NCBI GenBank assembly: GCA_964016885.1
Contig: OZ024741.1
Location: 360,902,001-360,966,000, forward strand
Direction of reading: 5' to 3'
Length of the DNA: 64,000 nt
Source of the DNA: Eledone cirrhosa
Taxonomy: Eukaryota
Shown: piece after piece, positions 52,341 through 64,000 of the stretch
Position numbering within the stretch: position 1 is the stretch's first letter
Layout: each line of letters starts with the position of its first letter
Notes under the pieces: generated by a model
The model's input: only the letters and a program-made list of their open reading frames with translations
Databases searched by the model: none
Told to the model about the DNA's origin: nothing
Translations under genes and position numbers: made by a program

Positions 52341-52902
52341 ATAATTCAAGAAATAAGAGTAACATGGTTGGCTGTACAATAAATGCTGACAATTGTTTTG
52401 TTGATCTGGTCGGTCTAGAGCTCGCTAATCGCTTGATGTTGCGTCAATCGATCTCCAATACTTTGTTTACAACCAGTCAATACATCAGAGTACGTGGATA
52501 TGAGGATGATACGCAGGGCATGGCTTTTATAGGAGAGTGGTGTTAGACCAGAACAATAACATCAGTAACAAACTAACTAGATAGTGAATAATTAATTATT
52601 CACTATCTAGTTAGTTATTAATTAATTATTGTTTTAAGTATTCACTATCTAGTTAGTTTGTTACTGATGTTATTGTTCTGGTCTAACACTACTCTCCTAT
52701 AAAAGCCATGCCCTACGTATCATCCTCATATCCACATACTCTGATGTATTGACTGGTTGTAAACAAAGTATTGGAGATCGATTGACGCAACATCAAGCGA
52801 TTAGCGAGCTCTAGACCGACCAGATCAACGAAACAATTGTCAGCACTGTGAATAAAGCCCTTATTGTACAGCCAACCAGGTTACTCTTATTTCTTGAATT
52901 AT
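52341..52902. repeat. Long fold-back inverted repeat (~250-bp arms) with a nested palindrome; PLE-like
   Basis: 52341-52590 is the reverse complement of 52639-52902 apart from a few substitutions and one ~14-bp indel. Inner perfect palindrome at 52571-52616. Confidence 0.92.
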
Positions 52903-53100
52903 TATTAATCCAAGTAACCTACATAGAAATCACCGCAAACTCGCTGCATCACTATGGAAGCGTCTTGTTGAGTCAAACTTAGCCATACGTTAAAACCATC
53001 CACAACACGGAGTACTCTAACTGGACTACCTCCAATGATAACTTGCTATCCCGTATATATATATATATACATACACACACACATATCTATACATATATAT

Positions 53101-55102
53101 AGACGGGTAAGGCGGCTGGGCCTTCGGAAATAGTTGCTGAAATGCTGAAAGCTTCTGGAACAGTGGGACACACCATGGTCACCCGGATAGTAAGCCAAGT
53201 CATACAGAATGGGGTTGTTCCGAAGGACTGGCATAGCAGCAGCATCATCATTAACTGCTACAAGGGTAAAGGAGATGCCCTAGATAGGAGTAACTATAGA
53301 AGTATTAAATTAATCTACCAGGTCATGAAGATCACAGAAAAAGTAATAGCGCAACTAATCAGAGAGAGAATTGATCTAGATGAAATGCAGTTCGGGTTTG
53401 TGTCAGGTAAAAGTACCACAGACGCTCTTTTCATTGTACGACAACTACAGAAGTACCTAGCTAAAAGTAAACCCCTATACTTAGCTTTTGTCGACTTGGA
53501 GAAAGCCTTCGACAGAGTCCCCCGTTCCATTATCTGGTGGGCTCTTAGAAAACTAGGTGTTGATGAATGGCTTGTGAGAGCTATACAAGCCATGTATAAA
53601 GAAACAGTCTGCAAGGTTAGAATTAACAACGAATATAGTGAAGAGTTTAGCGTAAAAGTTGGTGTTCATCAGGGCTCCGTTCTTAGCCCCCTAATATTTA
53701 TTATTGCCCTTCAGGCTATAACAGTGGAGTTCAAGACTGGCTGCCCATGGGAACTCCTATACGCAGATGATCTAACGCTCATAGCTGAATCAATGGCCGA
53801 ACTAGAGAAGAAATTCCAAACATGGTAGCATGGCCTAGAATCAAAAGGCCTTAAAATTAACCTGTCTAAGACTAAAGTTCTAGTTTGTAGGAAGGAAAAT
53901 AGGGCACCGGTCCCATCCAGGAAATGGCCATGCTCAGTGTGTAGGAAAAGAGTAGGTAGAAACTCCATTTTATGTCCCAAATGCAAAGTATGGGTGCATA
54001 AAAGATGTAGTGGGATCACAGGTAAGCTAACTAAGAATATAGATTTTATATGTGGCCAGTGCTCTGGGGCAATAAGTACCAGCAAGTGCCCACAGAATAC
54101 TAGCTCATTCCATTGCACAGATGGTTCTATAGAAATAGTGGACAGCTTCCGTTACCTGGGAGACAAAATCAGCAATGGGGGAGGGTGCTCTGAAAGTACA
54201 GTAGCTAGAGTCAGAACTGGATGGAAAAAGTTCAGAGAGCTTATACCACTATTAGCCGCTAAAGGGTTCTCCCTAAAAATGAAAGGCAGGTTGTAAGATG
54301 CCTGCATACGAACAGCAATGTTACATGGCAGTGAGACCTGGGCATTGTGTGCAGAGGATATACGCAGACTGGAGAGGAACGAAGCTTGCATGCTCCGCTG
54401 GATGTGTAATAGTAATATACGTGAACGGCAAAACATTAACGAACTAAGGGAAAAATTAGAAATAAGAGGGATCAGATGTTTACTCGAGAGAAGACTACGT
54501 TGGTATGGTCACGTGATGCGCATGAAAGACAACAGCTGTATAAAAAAGTGCAGGGCAATAAAAATAGACGGTAGCCACAGAGTAGGCAGACCCAGAAAAA
54601 CCTGGGACGACTTGATAAATTCCGACCTCACACACTTACCCCTCTCCAAGACAATGCCACTGGACCGAGATCTTTGGTGCTATACAGTAATACAGAAGAC
54701 CCACCTTATCTAAGTACAAAGTGAAACCCACTACAGTCAGTAGGCACCTCTAACAAAATACACCCCCGTCCCACTACCCCCACCCCATCCACACCACCCC
54801 TTTCAATGTAAAGTTATGTTGGTACCACAACATCCAGCCCGAAACAAATGAGGTCGTGTAGGTGTCACGACAAAAAAAAAAAACACAGTCCACGCTGTAA
54901 TGTGGCCGTGTAGGCAACACGGTAAAAACCTCCCAGACCCACACTGTAAATGTGGTTGGTGTTAGGAAGGGCATCCAACTGTAGAAAACCTGCCAGACAG
55001 TCCTATGCGAGCAAGACAATCACTCTTGCCTCAAGTGGGAAAACCCCCCGTCCAAACCCATGCAAGCGTGGAACACGGACGTTAAACGATGATGATGATG
55101 AT
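53101..55102 (+). mobile_element. 5'-truncated RTE copy (RT domain to tail) with premature stops
   Basis: ORF pieces 53142-53828, 53937-54296 and 54318-54713 are colinear with the 1038-aa ORF and separated by in-frame stops; (GAT)n tail at ~55088-55102; TA-rich tract at the 5' junction. Confidence 0.93.
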
Positions 55103-56101
55103 GTATATGTTGAGTTTCTCATTATTCTATAAATTTTAATACTCGGGCTTCAACTCAAATTTCGACCCAACAGTTCGTTGAGAGAGAGAGAGAGAGATGA
55201 CATAGCATGCCAATCCATCAACAATAACAAAATAACAGCTACTGATAACTAGAAACTGATAGAATAAACTATAACCCATGCTAGCATGGAAGAACGGACA
55301 TAAAATGATGATGATGATGATGATATCTGTGAAAGAAGAATAAAGGTGAACTGACAACATAACAATAAAACAAAAACAAATCAGATAAATATTAAAAAGC
55401 TTTCAAAGATACTAAATGCCAGAAAAATAACAGAATATTCCCTATGGAAGCCTTTGCAATTTTATTCCAGTTTTATTCAACAACATAAATCCCAAATTGT
55501 CAACTTTGAAATGCTATTAGCACATTTGTAATTTGTATTAATGTTATTCTTTCAACATTTTATGTATGTCTCAAAAGTCTTTTACACTCTCAGACTAGAA
55601 TATATTTCAGAATAGAAATAAAAGTTTTTGTCTCATTGACATAACTTTTTCTTCACTCAGCTTCTATTGCTACAAGAGTTCATACCATTTCCACCTGAAC
55701 ACATCTATCTTTACTGAACTTGCTATATCTCTCACTCTTAATATATCTCACCACCTTCACTCATGCCTGATCACTGATGTGCACCTGCAAAGTTCCTCTC
55801 TAAGGTGCAAACCTGGACAAAGTGTTTTGTGGAAAACCATCAATCACCCATGCAAGCATGTCTCTCCTTTCCTTGCCACCAATGTTGTATAAGGGAAAGG
55901 CAAAGGAAAATATAGCTTAACACTAGTAATATCATATCTCACCACATAGACCCACACTAAATACTTTTTATCACCCCTACAACAAAATTGTAACTAACTG
56001 CCCACCTAAAATTAATTACCAACATGACTTAATAATATGCAAATTAGTACATTCATTTCAGGATACTACTATATGTAATTCAGGTATATAAGCTTCTTAC
56101 T

Positions 56102-56277
56102 TACCACATTTCCCAGCGTCAAAGATGCTACTTTTTTACTAAAGTAAGTCTCAAAATTCTACCATGCATCCTGGAGGCTGAAGGTTGTTTATAAATTTTT
56201 TTTTTTTTTTTTTTTGGTTGTCAAAATTAGGGTGTGTCCTCAAGGACGAAGCGTCTTCGGCACCGGGAAATACGGTA
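56102..56277. mobile_element. pogo/Tigger-type MITE
   Basis: Left TACCACATTTCCCAGCGTCAAAGATGC and the reverse complement of the right end TACCGTATTTCCCGGTGCCGAAGACGC are imperfect TIRs with TA ends, resembling TACCGTA-type pogo TIRs. Confidence 0.7.
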
Positions 56278-59200
56278 TGTATTTCTTTGAAGTTGTTTAA
56301 ATGACATACATATTTTCATGTGACAAATTGTGTGGCAAGGCTGGCCCTTCAAGTTAAAGGTACAACCCATTTTTTCCATATGTATAAACTGGAGCAATGT
56401 GTAATTAATTATCTGGCTCAAGGACAAAATATGCTACAAAGAATCAAATTCATGACCATATAATCATTAGCTGAAGAGCCTATCCACTAAGCCACATACC
56501 TAGTATGTGTGGGAGAGCCTTTATATAGCATATATACTCGAATATAAGCCAACTTCTTATTTTATGTCTCAGAAATAGGCAAAAATCCAAAGCAGGCAGG
56601 TAGTCAACAAATTGTGTTTAGATGGTACGATTTTGAAATTCTCATGAATACAGAATATATTTATGAAGTTTTAATAGATTCATAGTTAAAATGTTTTAAG
56701 CATCATTTAGAGCAAAGTTCTTGTTTCACAACTTCATTACATAATGTATATTTATAGCAATTTCTGTCCATTTTGAAGGCAGTATTCATTCAAAACATAT
56801 CAAAAACAATATGAAATACAAATTTCAAAGCAAAAATATTTTAGCTCCTCATTTACATAGAATTTTGAAGTTGGTGAAAAATTAGCAAAATATTGAATTC
56901 AAATAGAAGCCAACCAGCCATTTTACCATCAATTTTTTGGTCCTATATTTCTTGGCCTATATACATACACATCCAGGTATATGAAGCTAGTCTAAGAGAA
57001 TCGACAGCCTGTCATTTTCTCACTTACTCAATGATATAAAGTTTGTATTAAAAATACAAACCCATTAACCAGAGTGTATACATTCATTAATCAACAAGAA
57101 AATCAATTTCGTGTGGGTAGGATATTAATATAACCAAATTCCTAGACCATGCTTGATTTCTGCAATTTCAATCTGTTAACAATAGTCTGACTGGAACCAC
57201 TATTCACAGAAATTACGTACAAATTAGGAGACATTACGTGATTTGGCTTAAAATTGCTTCTTCATTATGGATGGAAAGGTCTGTTAAGCCAGCTAGTACG
57301 ATGCAGCAATAGTCATCACCTAGTGAAGTAGTAAACCTAGGCTTTTAGTAACACATGACTTCACATCAAAGACCTAACCATTTTTAGGGAACACGGAGAC
57401 AATAATTCAAAATTGAAAAATTGAACTAGCTAAAAGCACTCAACCAGGGCACTTCTATGGACAACGAAAGCTGCAAACAATAATATTTATATATAAAATT
57501 TAATATAGAAATGGCTTCTACAAGACGAGAACTGTTTCATTTGAAAGAAATCATGATTACACTCTACTAATGTATTGAGTATCTTACTTACTGCGGTTAC
57601 CCCCTCCCCCCCTCCCCCACGAACCAAGGAAAGAGAGCGAGAGAGATGTGTAAACAATATATTACAATTTATTCTTTAAATAATTGTTTCTACTTTAGGC
57701 ACAAGGCCAGCAATTACCCAGTGCATTACTGGTACTTTATTTTATCGACCCCGTAAGGATGAAAGGCAATTGTAATATGACTAACTTTCTGTTGTAGTTA
57801 GAGACAAACATGTAAGGATTTGATTATAAACCCCTTGGAATTTGAATATTTCTGAAGATTGGTGAGATGAAGTAATTCCTTAGAATTATGTGGAAGGTCT
57901 TGGCAACGCAAGAGAAAATGGTGAAGAGCATAATAAACAGCAATGACACTGCTACAGATAGAATTAAGATTCTATTGATATTTTGTGATAAATTACCATT
58001 ATTAAACTACTGACTACATGTCTAGCTTCAGCATCGTATATCAATATCATCATTATCATATATCAATATCAAATATATTCTGAAATTTCCTCTAATGTGT
58101 AATATAGTAGATTTTATATGTGCTACTTAAAGAACTTCTACTTAACCAATTTATCCCATATTTCCAATGAAAGATACTGCTTATAATTTTCAAATTATTT
58201 TCAAAATAATCAAGAATTTGGCTAGATTTAATATATATAGTTTCTCATTATTAAGCTGGTGTTTGGAATGTAAAGTTTCTTACAGGTAGCTTTGTATCAC
58301 AGAATCAGGAGTGGTTTCAGCTGATCAACATGGATAATGTAACAACTATGTCTTTCTCAAACTCTCTACTATTGCACTACTAGAAATAATAGCCAAATCT
58401 ACCAAATCTAGGAAAAGGAAGAATACAGTGGATAGTGTAGAACTAAATACATTATGTCTGAATAAAAGATAGGATTGCTACAGTTGAAACATCATTGACC
58501 ATGGGCTTGCTTAATAAAGACTGATACAAATGAACAAATCCTACATAAAAAACAAGATGGACACAACAAGGATATTGATTCAATACAACCATGACTAATA
58601 TTCTAGACAACTGGAACAACACGAAATAAATTGTCTTGTTTAAGGACACAACACACTGCCTGGCCCAAGAATTGAACTCACAACCTCACAATTGTAAGCC
58701 CAACTCTAACCACTAAGCTGTGTACCTTCACTTGTAAAGTGTACTGCATCAGCACTATACCAATGTATATAGACTGTTACAACTGCATCATGGACTAATC
58801 AACAACAATAATACTTGTATTTATGTTGGCATTCACCTGGGAATGGGTTACCTGGATTTCAACCAGTGCATGCACAGCATGGCAGACAGAAGCTGCCCAT
58901 AGACATTAACTTTCTCATTATGAAGCTGGTATTTGGAACAACTTAAAGGTTCTTACATAAATTTATGATGGGAAGTTCTTAGAATAATTAAAAAATTTTA
59001 AGTAAAGTTTTGTATTTTAGAAGGAAAGGTTAAAATTAAAAGACACGTATGTAGCATATGCTATGGTTTAAACTACTACTAGTAGTAGTAATAGTAGTTT
59101 AATCTTTTAGTATTTACATTACTCTATATTTACTATTGTATTTTCACAATAAAGGCTTTACCTTATATAATATCTCACATAATATTGAATCTATGAGATA

Positions 59201-60822
59201 TTGATATTTATTTTGAGAACAATACCTTAACATCAGTACCAGTGGCCAGTTACGGCTGGTTTGAACTAAAAGAGTTGAGAATTCTAGCCGGATACGGCCG
59301 GTTTAAATGCTAATGGGTTAATACAAGTTGCTCTGATGAAGCAGACCAATGATCAAAATAGTTCCATCCATCCATGATAAATCCCTTTATTTATTCAAAC
59401 AGCATATTCAACACTACATTATGTCCTCTCTTTAAGATGATAATGAATGAGGTTTGAGGAAGACTTTACAGCTAACTCCAGCAGATCAAGTGACCAAATA
59501 CAGGCTTTTTTTATTGCCTCAGCTGTTCACCTGTATACTTGTTGGTTCACTTCAATTAGTTTTAACTATTTGGATTATTCTCCAGGTCAACAAAACTATA
59601 TTTACACATTATAATATCATGGACAATCATTTCATTTGACTTTGGATGACATATCAGCCGTAGGGTTTGATAATAAGTATTCAGTCATTTGATTAACTGA
59701 ACAAATGGCTTGTCAATTAACAAGTGTACCTGTAACAGGGTTTTCAGGCAGAATCAGCATCACACAGTGTGTAACAAGGCTGGTCTTTTGAATTACAGAT
59801 ACAATTCATCTGTCAGGATTCCACAATTTTCATCTATCCAATTTCACTTGCAAGGCTTGGATTGACCCAAGACTACGGTAAAGAAACAACCCAGTGGAGT
59901 TGAACTTGGAACCTCCTGAATGTAAAGTAAACTTCTTAACCACTCAGTCAGGCCTGCATCCATGGCTCTAGATATTGTATGCCAGAATTAAAGACAGGCA
60001 GGTCAAGGCTGGGATACTTTTCATCATAGGTTTGCTAGATAAATGCTAAAATGCTAACCTGGAGTTAAACAATAACAACCACCACCAACATTATCTTTAA
60101 CCCTTTCATAACTGCATTTCTTATTAAATACACTATTTCAATAAATTAATGAAGAATTTTGAAGGATTTACTAGAATTATTAATGATTTCATTTCTAAGA
60201 GAAGAACTTAATGTAAGGTTCTTATATAAAATTATGTTGGAAGATTTCAATTTAAATTGGAAACCTTTAAAATGGGTGGTTTTATTTCATAAAACCAGAG
60301 CCGATTTTGGCTGGGTTGGTCACTAAAGAGTTAATTACTAATATTCTTTCAATTCAGGATGTTTGTTTCTCACAAAAAATGATTTAGATACTTGAATCTT
60401 AAGAGTAAAAAAAAAAAAAAAGGTTAGAATAAAAGCAAGAGAAATAAAAAAGTGATATTATTAAAAATAATGAATATACAGAATTTACACAAACAAAACA
60501 TGCAATAAGAAAATATAGACCGAAGTTACGAACAACAATTAGAGTGAAATAACAACACACACACAATGATAACTTTTGAACAATAAGGAATAGGATGACA
60601 CAATCAGCATTAATATAAGAGCAATAACTTCCTCCTGCTTTGGACATTTTCAAAAAAGACAAATTAATCAGAGTGCTAACAAAGCCTGTACCCACCCACC
60701 CGCAACAATATGCCCACCTATACAATGTTATAGGAGAAAAAATGGTTTTTGAACACCAGAGTCAGATAGTATATTGTAGTTCAATGACATTTAGCAAGAT
60801 AGTGAAATCTATATTACAATAA

Positions 60823-61315
60823 CTAGCAGAAAAACCACCCTTCGGGTGGTTTTCTTCTAGCATGTGTAGTGTGTATAATGATATTATACACAAATATATA
60901 TGCATGTAGATACATCAAATAAAATCATAATTGACAATATACACGGAAATTGAACGCACTTTATGTTACACTGTCTTCTGTAATCAGTAAAGTAATCCAT
61001 GATACATTTTAAAAAAGACGATATTATATATAAATTGCATTAGGAGAAAATTAGCGATGGAAATATATGCAATATTTTTATAAGTGTTATACTATAACGG
61101 CCGCGAACGAGAAGTGTTGACATTTGAAAATTTCCAAGAAGTGAATCTTTAAAGAAGCTATAAAATATATTTAATCAACAGCCACGAAATTTAGCACATA
61201 AATTATGTAATATTCATTCAATATTTATTCAAAGTAATCCAACTTATTTTACAAACGGGGTAAAAAAATATATTCTGGACACAGTCCCGCACTCCTTTCT
61301 TTATTATAGTTAAGA
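60823..61315 (-). mobile_element. Non-autonomous Helitron
   Basis: Minus strand starts A|TCTTAACTATAATAAAG and ends with the hairpin AAAACCACCC-GAA-GGGTGGTTTT followed by CTAG|T: 5' TC, subterminal hairpin, 3' CTRR, A|T insertion site, no TSD. Confidence 0.8.
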
Positions 61316-64000
61316 TGGTACATCCCTTTTGCCTGTCAGTCACACATGAATGCAGTGGTCTGTCAAAAACGTTCTAAAGTTTGTTTTTTTATTTAAATTT
61401 CATGGAATATAAATATATGACAAATAGGGTAGAGAATTCTAAAACGTTTTGAGTGTGTGTGTACACACACACACAATTTATTAACATAGCTTTGTAACAA
61501 TCTAATAAATCAATGTGTTGTATCAATATAACAAAGTTTAGATGTTTAAGATGACAAGTTGTTTCATTTGCAACCGTCAAGTGTTATATTCCTGAATGTG
61601 TATGCTTTACTGTGTATATTTACATTACATTTCAATCAGTTTGATACCTAATCGTTATTTTATTCTTTATCCAAAAGTTACACACCAAACACATCACATT
61701 TATACATGTGCATTACATCTGCTCTGTTGTTCATGCATGCACACATTACACATTTAATGGAGCATGCTCACCTCATTTCCTCATATCCGCCACATTCAAT
61801 TACCCATGTTTCACAAACATAAGGCATCACACTTCATACACAAGTATCATAGAATCTGATTATTACTTGGTAGCAGGAGTAATAGCACCCTGAATCTTGT
61901 TTACCTTGTTCTTACTCTGATAACTATGTTTTCAGAACACTCTGTTCTAGGCTTTTATGTTTGGGATTTCTTCTCTAATTCTCCAATGGATTCAATTATG
62001 AGAAATAGCTTACTGGCATACAGAAGTCCCCATGCATAACCAGTCTTAACCCTTTAGCATTCACATTATTTTTATATATACTATTATATTTTCATGGTAA
62101 AGACTTTACCTCACATAATTATCTCTCATAATATCGAATCTATGAGATTTTAAAAGTATTTATTTTGAGAACAATACCTTAACATCAGTTTGAGCGACAG
62201 TTACAGCCAGTTTCAACAGAAAGAGGTAGAGAATTCTGGCCGGTTTGAACTCTAAAGGGTTAAACTTCTATTTTGGCCTGGATAATTATAATAAATAGGA
62301 GGTGCACATATGACAATTTGAATATCTTAGTGGTGTCTAAGACTACAATATCTAATGTGTCCCCCTTTTTTAAGACATTGGGGTATGATCTGAAAGAAAC
62401 TTGATTGCTGTTTCTATCAAGTTGAGCCATCACATTAATTCATTAATCTGTACTTAATTAATGTATTTTCTCTTCTCAAAAGAAATATGATCAATTTTAA
62501 TTTAAACCAGCTGCGCTCACAAAATTAGCTACAAGAATGTGTTCAATTAAAAGACCCAAAGATTTAGATATCTTTAGGTTTAATTTTGTACAATTTAGTG
62601 ACTAATTAAAAAAAAAAAAGACACGAAGTGCTGATAAAAGCCAGAACAATCTGAAAAAGTGCTTGGCTTCAAAAATTTTCAGAATTCTGGCAAAGTTGTT
62701 GGAACTGCCAAACTTCACTAACAAACCTAATTTGATATCAATAATACAGAACTCATACAGAACTCATATTTTTCAATGTAAATTGTCAATAATGAGCAAA
62801 GTGGAATCACAAGTTCATGTGAAATCAAACAATGAACATAAATGAGCAATTCTGAAGCATAAAGTTTTAAAACATTGATCTCTCAAATTTAATTTAGCAA
62901 ATTGGCATAGTAGTTAGGACATCAAATTAAATGCCATGGTGTTTATTGCAGTTCACTGTGCACTGGATTTAAATACCACTAAAGTTAATTTCACTTTTCA
63001 TCCTTCTAGGGACAATAAATAAAGCATCAACCATGAGTAGTGGATTGTTAAAGAATAAGATTGGTTACTTTGTGATATCTGAGTTCAAATCCTACTTCTT
63101 TCTGCCAAGAGTTGCCACCAGCAGATGATATCAGCAATGGAAATATTGTTTCTTTGGTCTGATTTGATGTGCCTTTCCTTTTTCTGTTTGTTATTCTCTC
63201 CATTAAGTTACATCAAGAACATTAATTCATCACATGGCAAATTTCAACACAGAAGAAAACTAAGCCATGGGCATAGAAAATGCTCAACAGAAATAGGATG
63301 GGATTTGCAGTGTTTAATATTAATGTTTAGGTAGATGTTTGATAAGTTGTGGAGATTAAGAAGGGCAGATAACTGAATCTAAAATATTGCTTATTTACTA
63401 ATGTAGTCCACCAATATACAATGAAGCTTGGATACACATCAAAGACAAAAGTAGCAGAACTAGATTTGTTTTGTAGTACTGTGATAGTGGTGCATCATTG
63501 ATTTATTTCAATTACAAAACTAACAGACATGTTTATCATCATCATCACTTTTCATATCCTAACGAAGCAGTATCAATCAACTAATGAAGCGCTAACATTT
63601 AAAAATTGGAGAAATATTTGAATGAATCACGTTTTTACTAATTGGTCTGCTTTTTTATCTTTTTTTTAAATTGCTATTATGAAAGTAAAAGAGTTAGAAA
63701 GGTAAGATGTTTGAGTTGTTACTATGGTAGGCTATTGATTGTAGGTTCAAAACCTTGTTACTAATATTACAATAAGCTCTTAAACAAGGAGCTTTGCCTG
63801 CCTCAATCTACTTCATGGCTGAGCAGTTAACATTAGGGAAGGCATCCAGCTGTAAAACATTCATGAAATTCATCACAGAATCATCAAATTCATTCAAGTG
63901 TGAAAAACAAATATGCAACATTATTACAACAAAGAAAATAAAAAAGATAACTAGAAGTTAATTTTGGCTTCATTCTGGCCATATTAAATTGTATAAAAAC

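Noticed and set aside
56095-56185. Apparent minus-strand exon with a gtaagt donor (candidate Rab4 exon 1)
   Set aside because: Stops in all three frames, no MSETY-like peptide, and it lies in a pogo-type MITE.
56526-56980. Possible second pogo/Tigger-like element (TATATACTCGAATATAAGCC left end)
   Set aside because: The right TIR is too degenerate to define the element.
60826-60856. GC stem with a TTCG-like loop and T-run resembling a bacterial intrinsic terminator
   Set aside because: Better explained as the subterminal hairpin of a Helitron (CTAG end, TC start at 61315) in a eukaryotic context.

Overview
AT-rich, repeat-dense eukaryotic (animal) genomic DNA. The SINE, LINE and microsatellite repertoire suggests a cephalopod (octopod) genome; this is inference. 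The only host gene I can support is Rab4 on the minus strand: six coding exons with canonical GT-AG boundaries (34192 down to 20722) that splice in frame and end in a CXC prenylation motif. The first coding exon (MSETY-like) was not found and may lie in the 200-N gap (45656-45855) or beyond the window. The last Rab4 intron holds, in sense orientation, a near full-length RTE-clade LINE with an uninterrupted 1038-codon APE-endonuclease/RT frame and a C4HC3 PHD-type finger inserted inside the RT domain. Five further truncated or decayed RTE copies are present. Other elements: Penelope-like remnants (several with hammerhead-ribozyme-like cores and fold-back inverted repeats), CRE- and R4-type RLE LINE fragments, a hAT-like remnant, piggyBac-type and pogo/Tigger-type MITEs, a non-autonomous Helitron, many tRNA-derived SINEs and long microsatellites. 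Most short ORFs in the track are microsatellite translations or antisense shadows of the LINEs. The most interesting signals are the PHD-in-RT LINE and its unusual 5' region, the recurring (TA)n junctions, and the Penelope-type hammerhead/fold-back structures.
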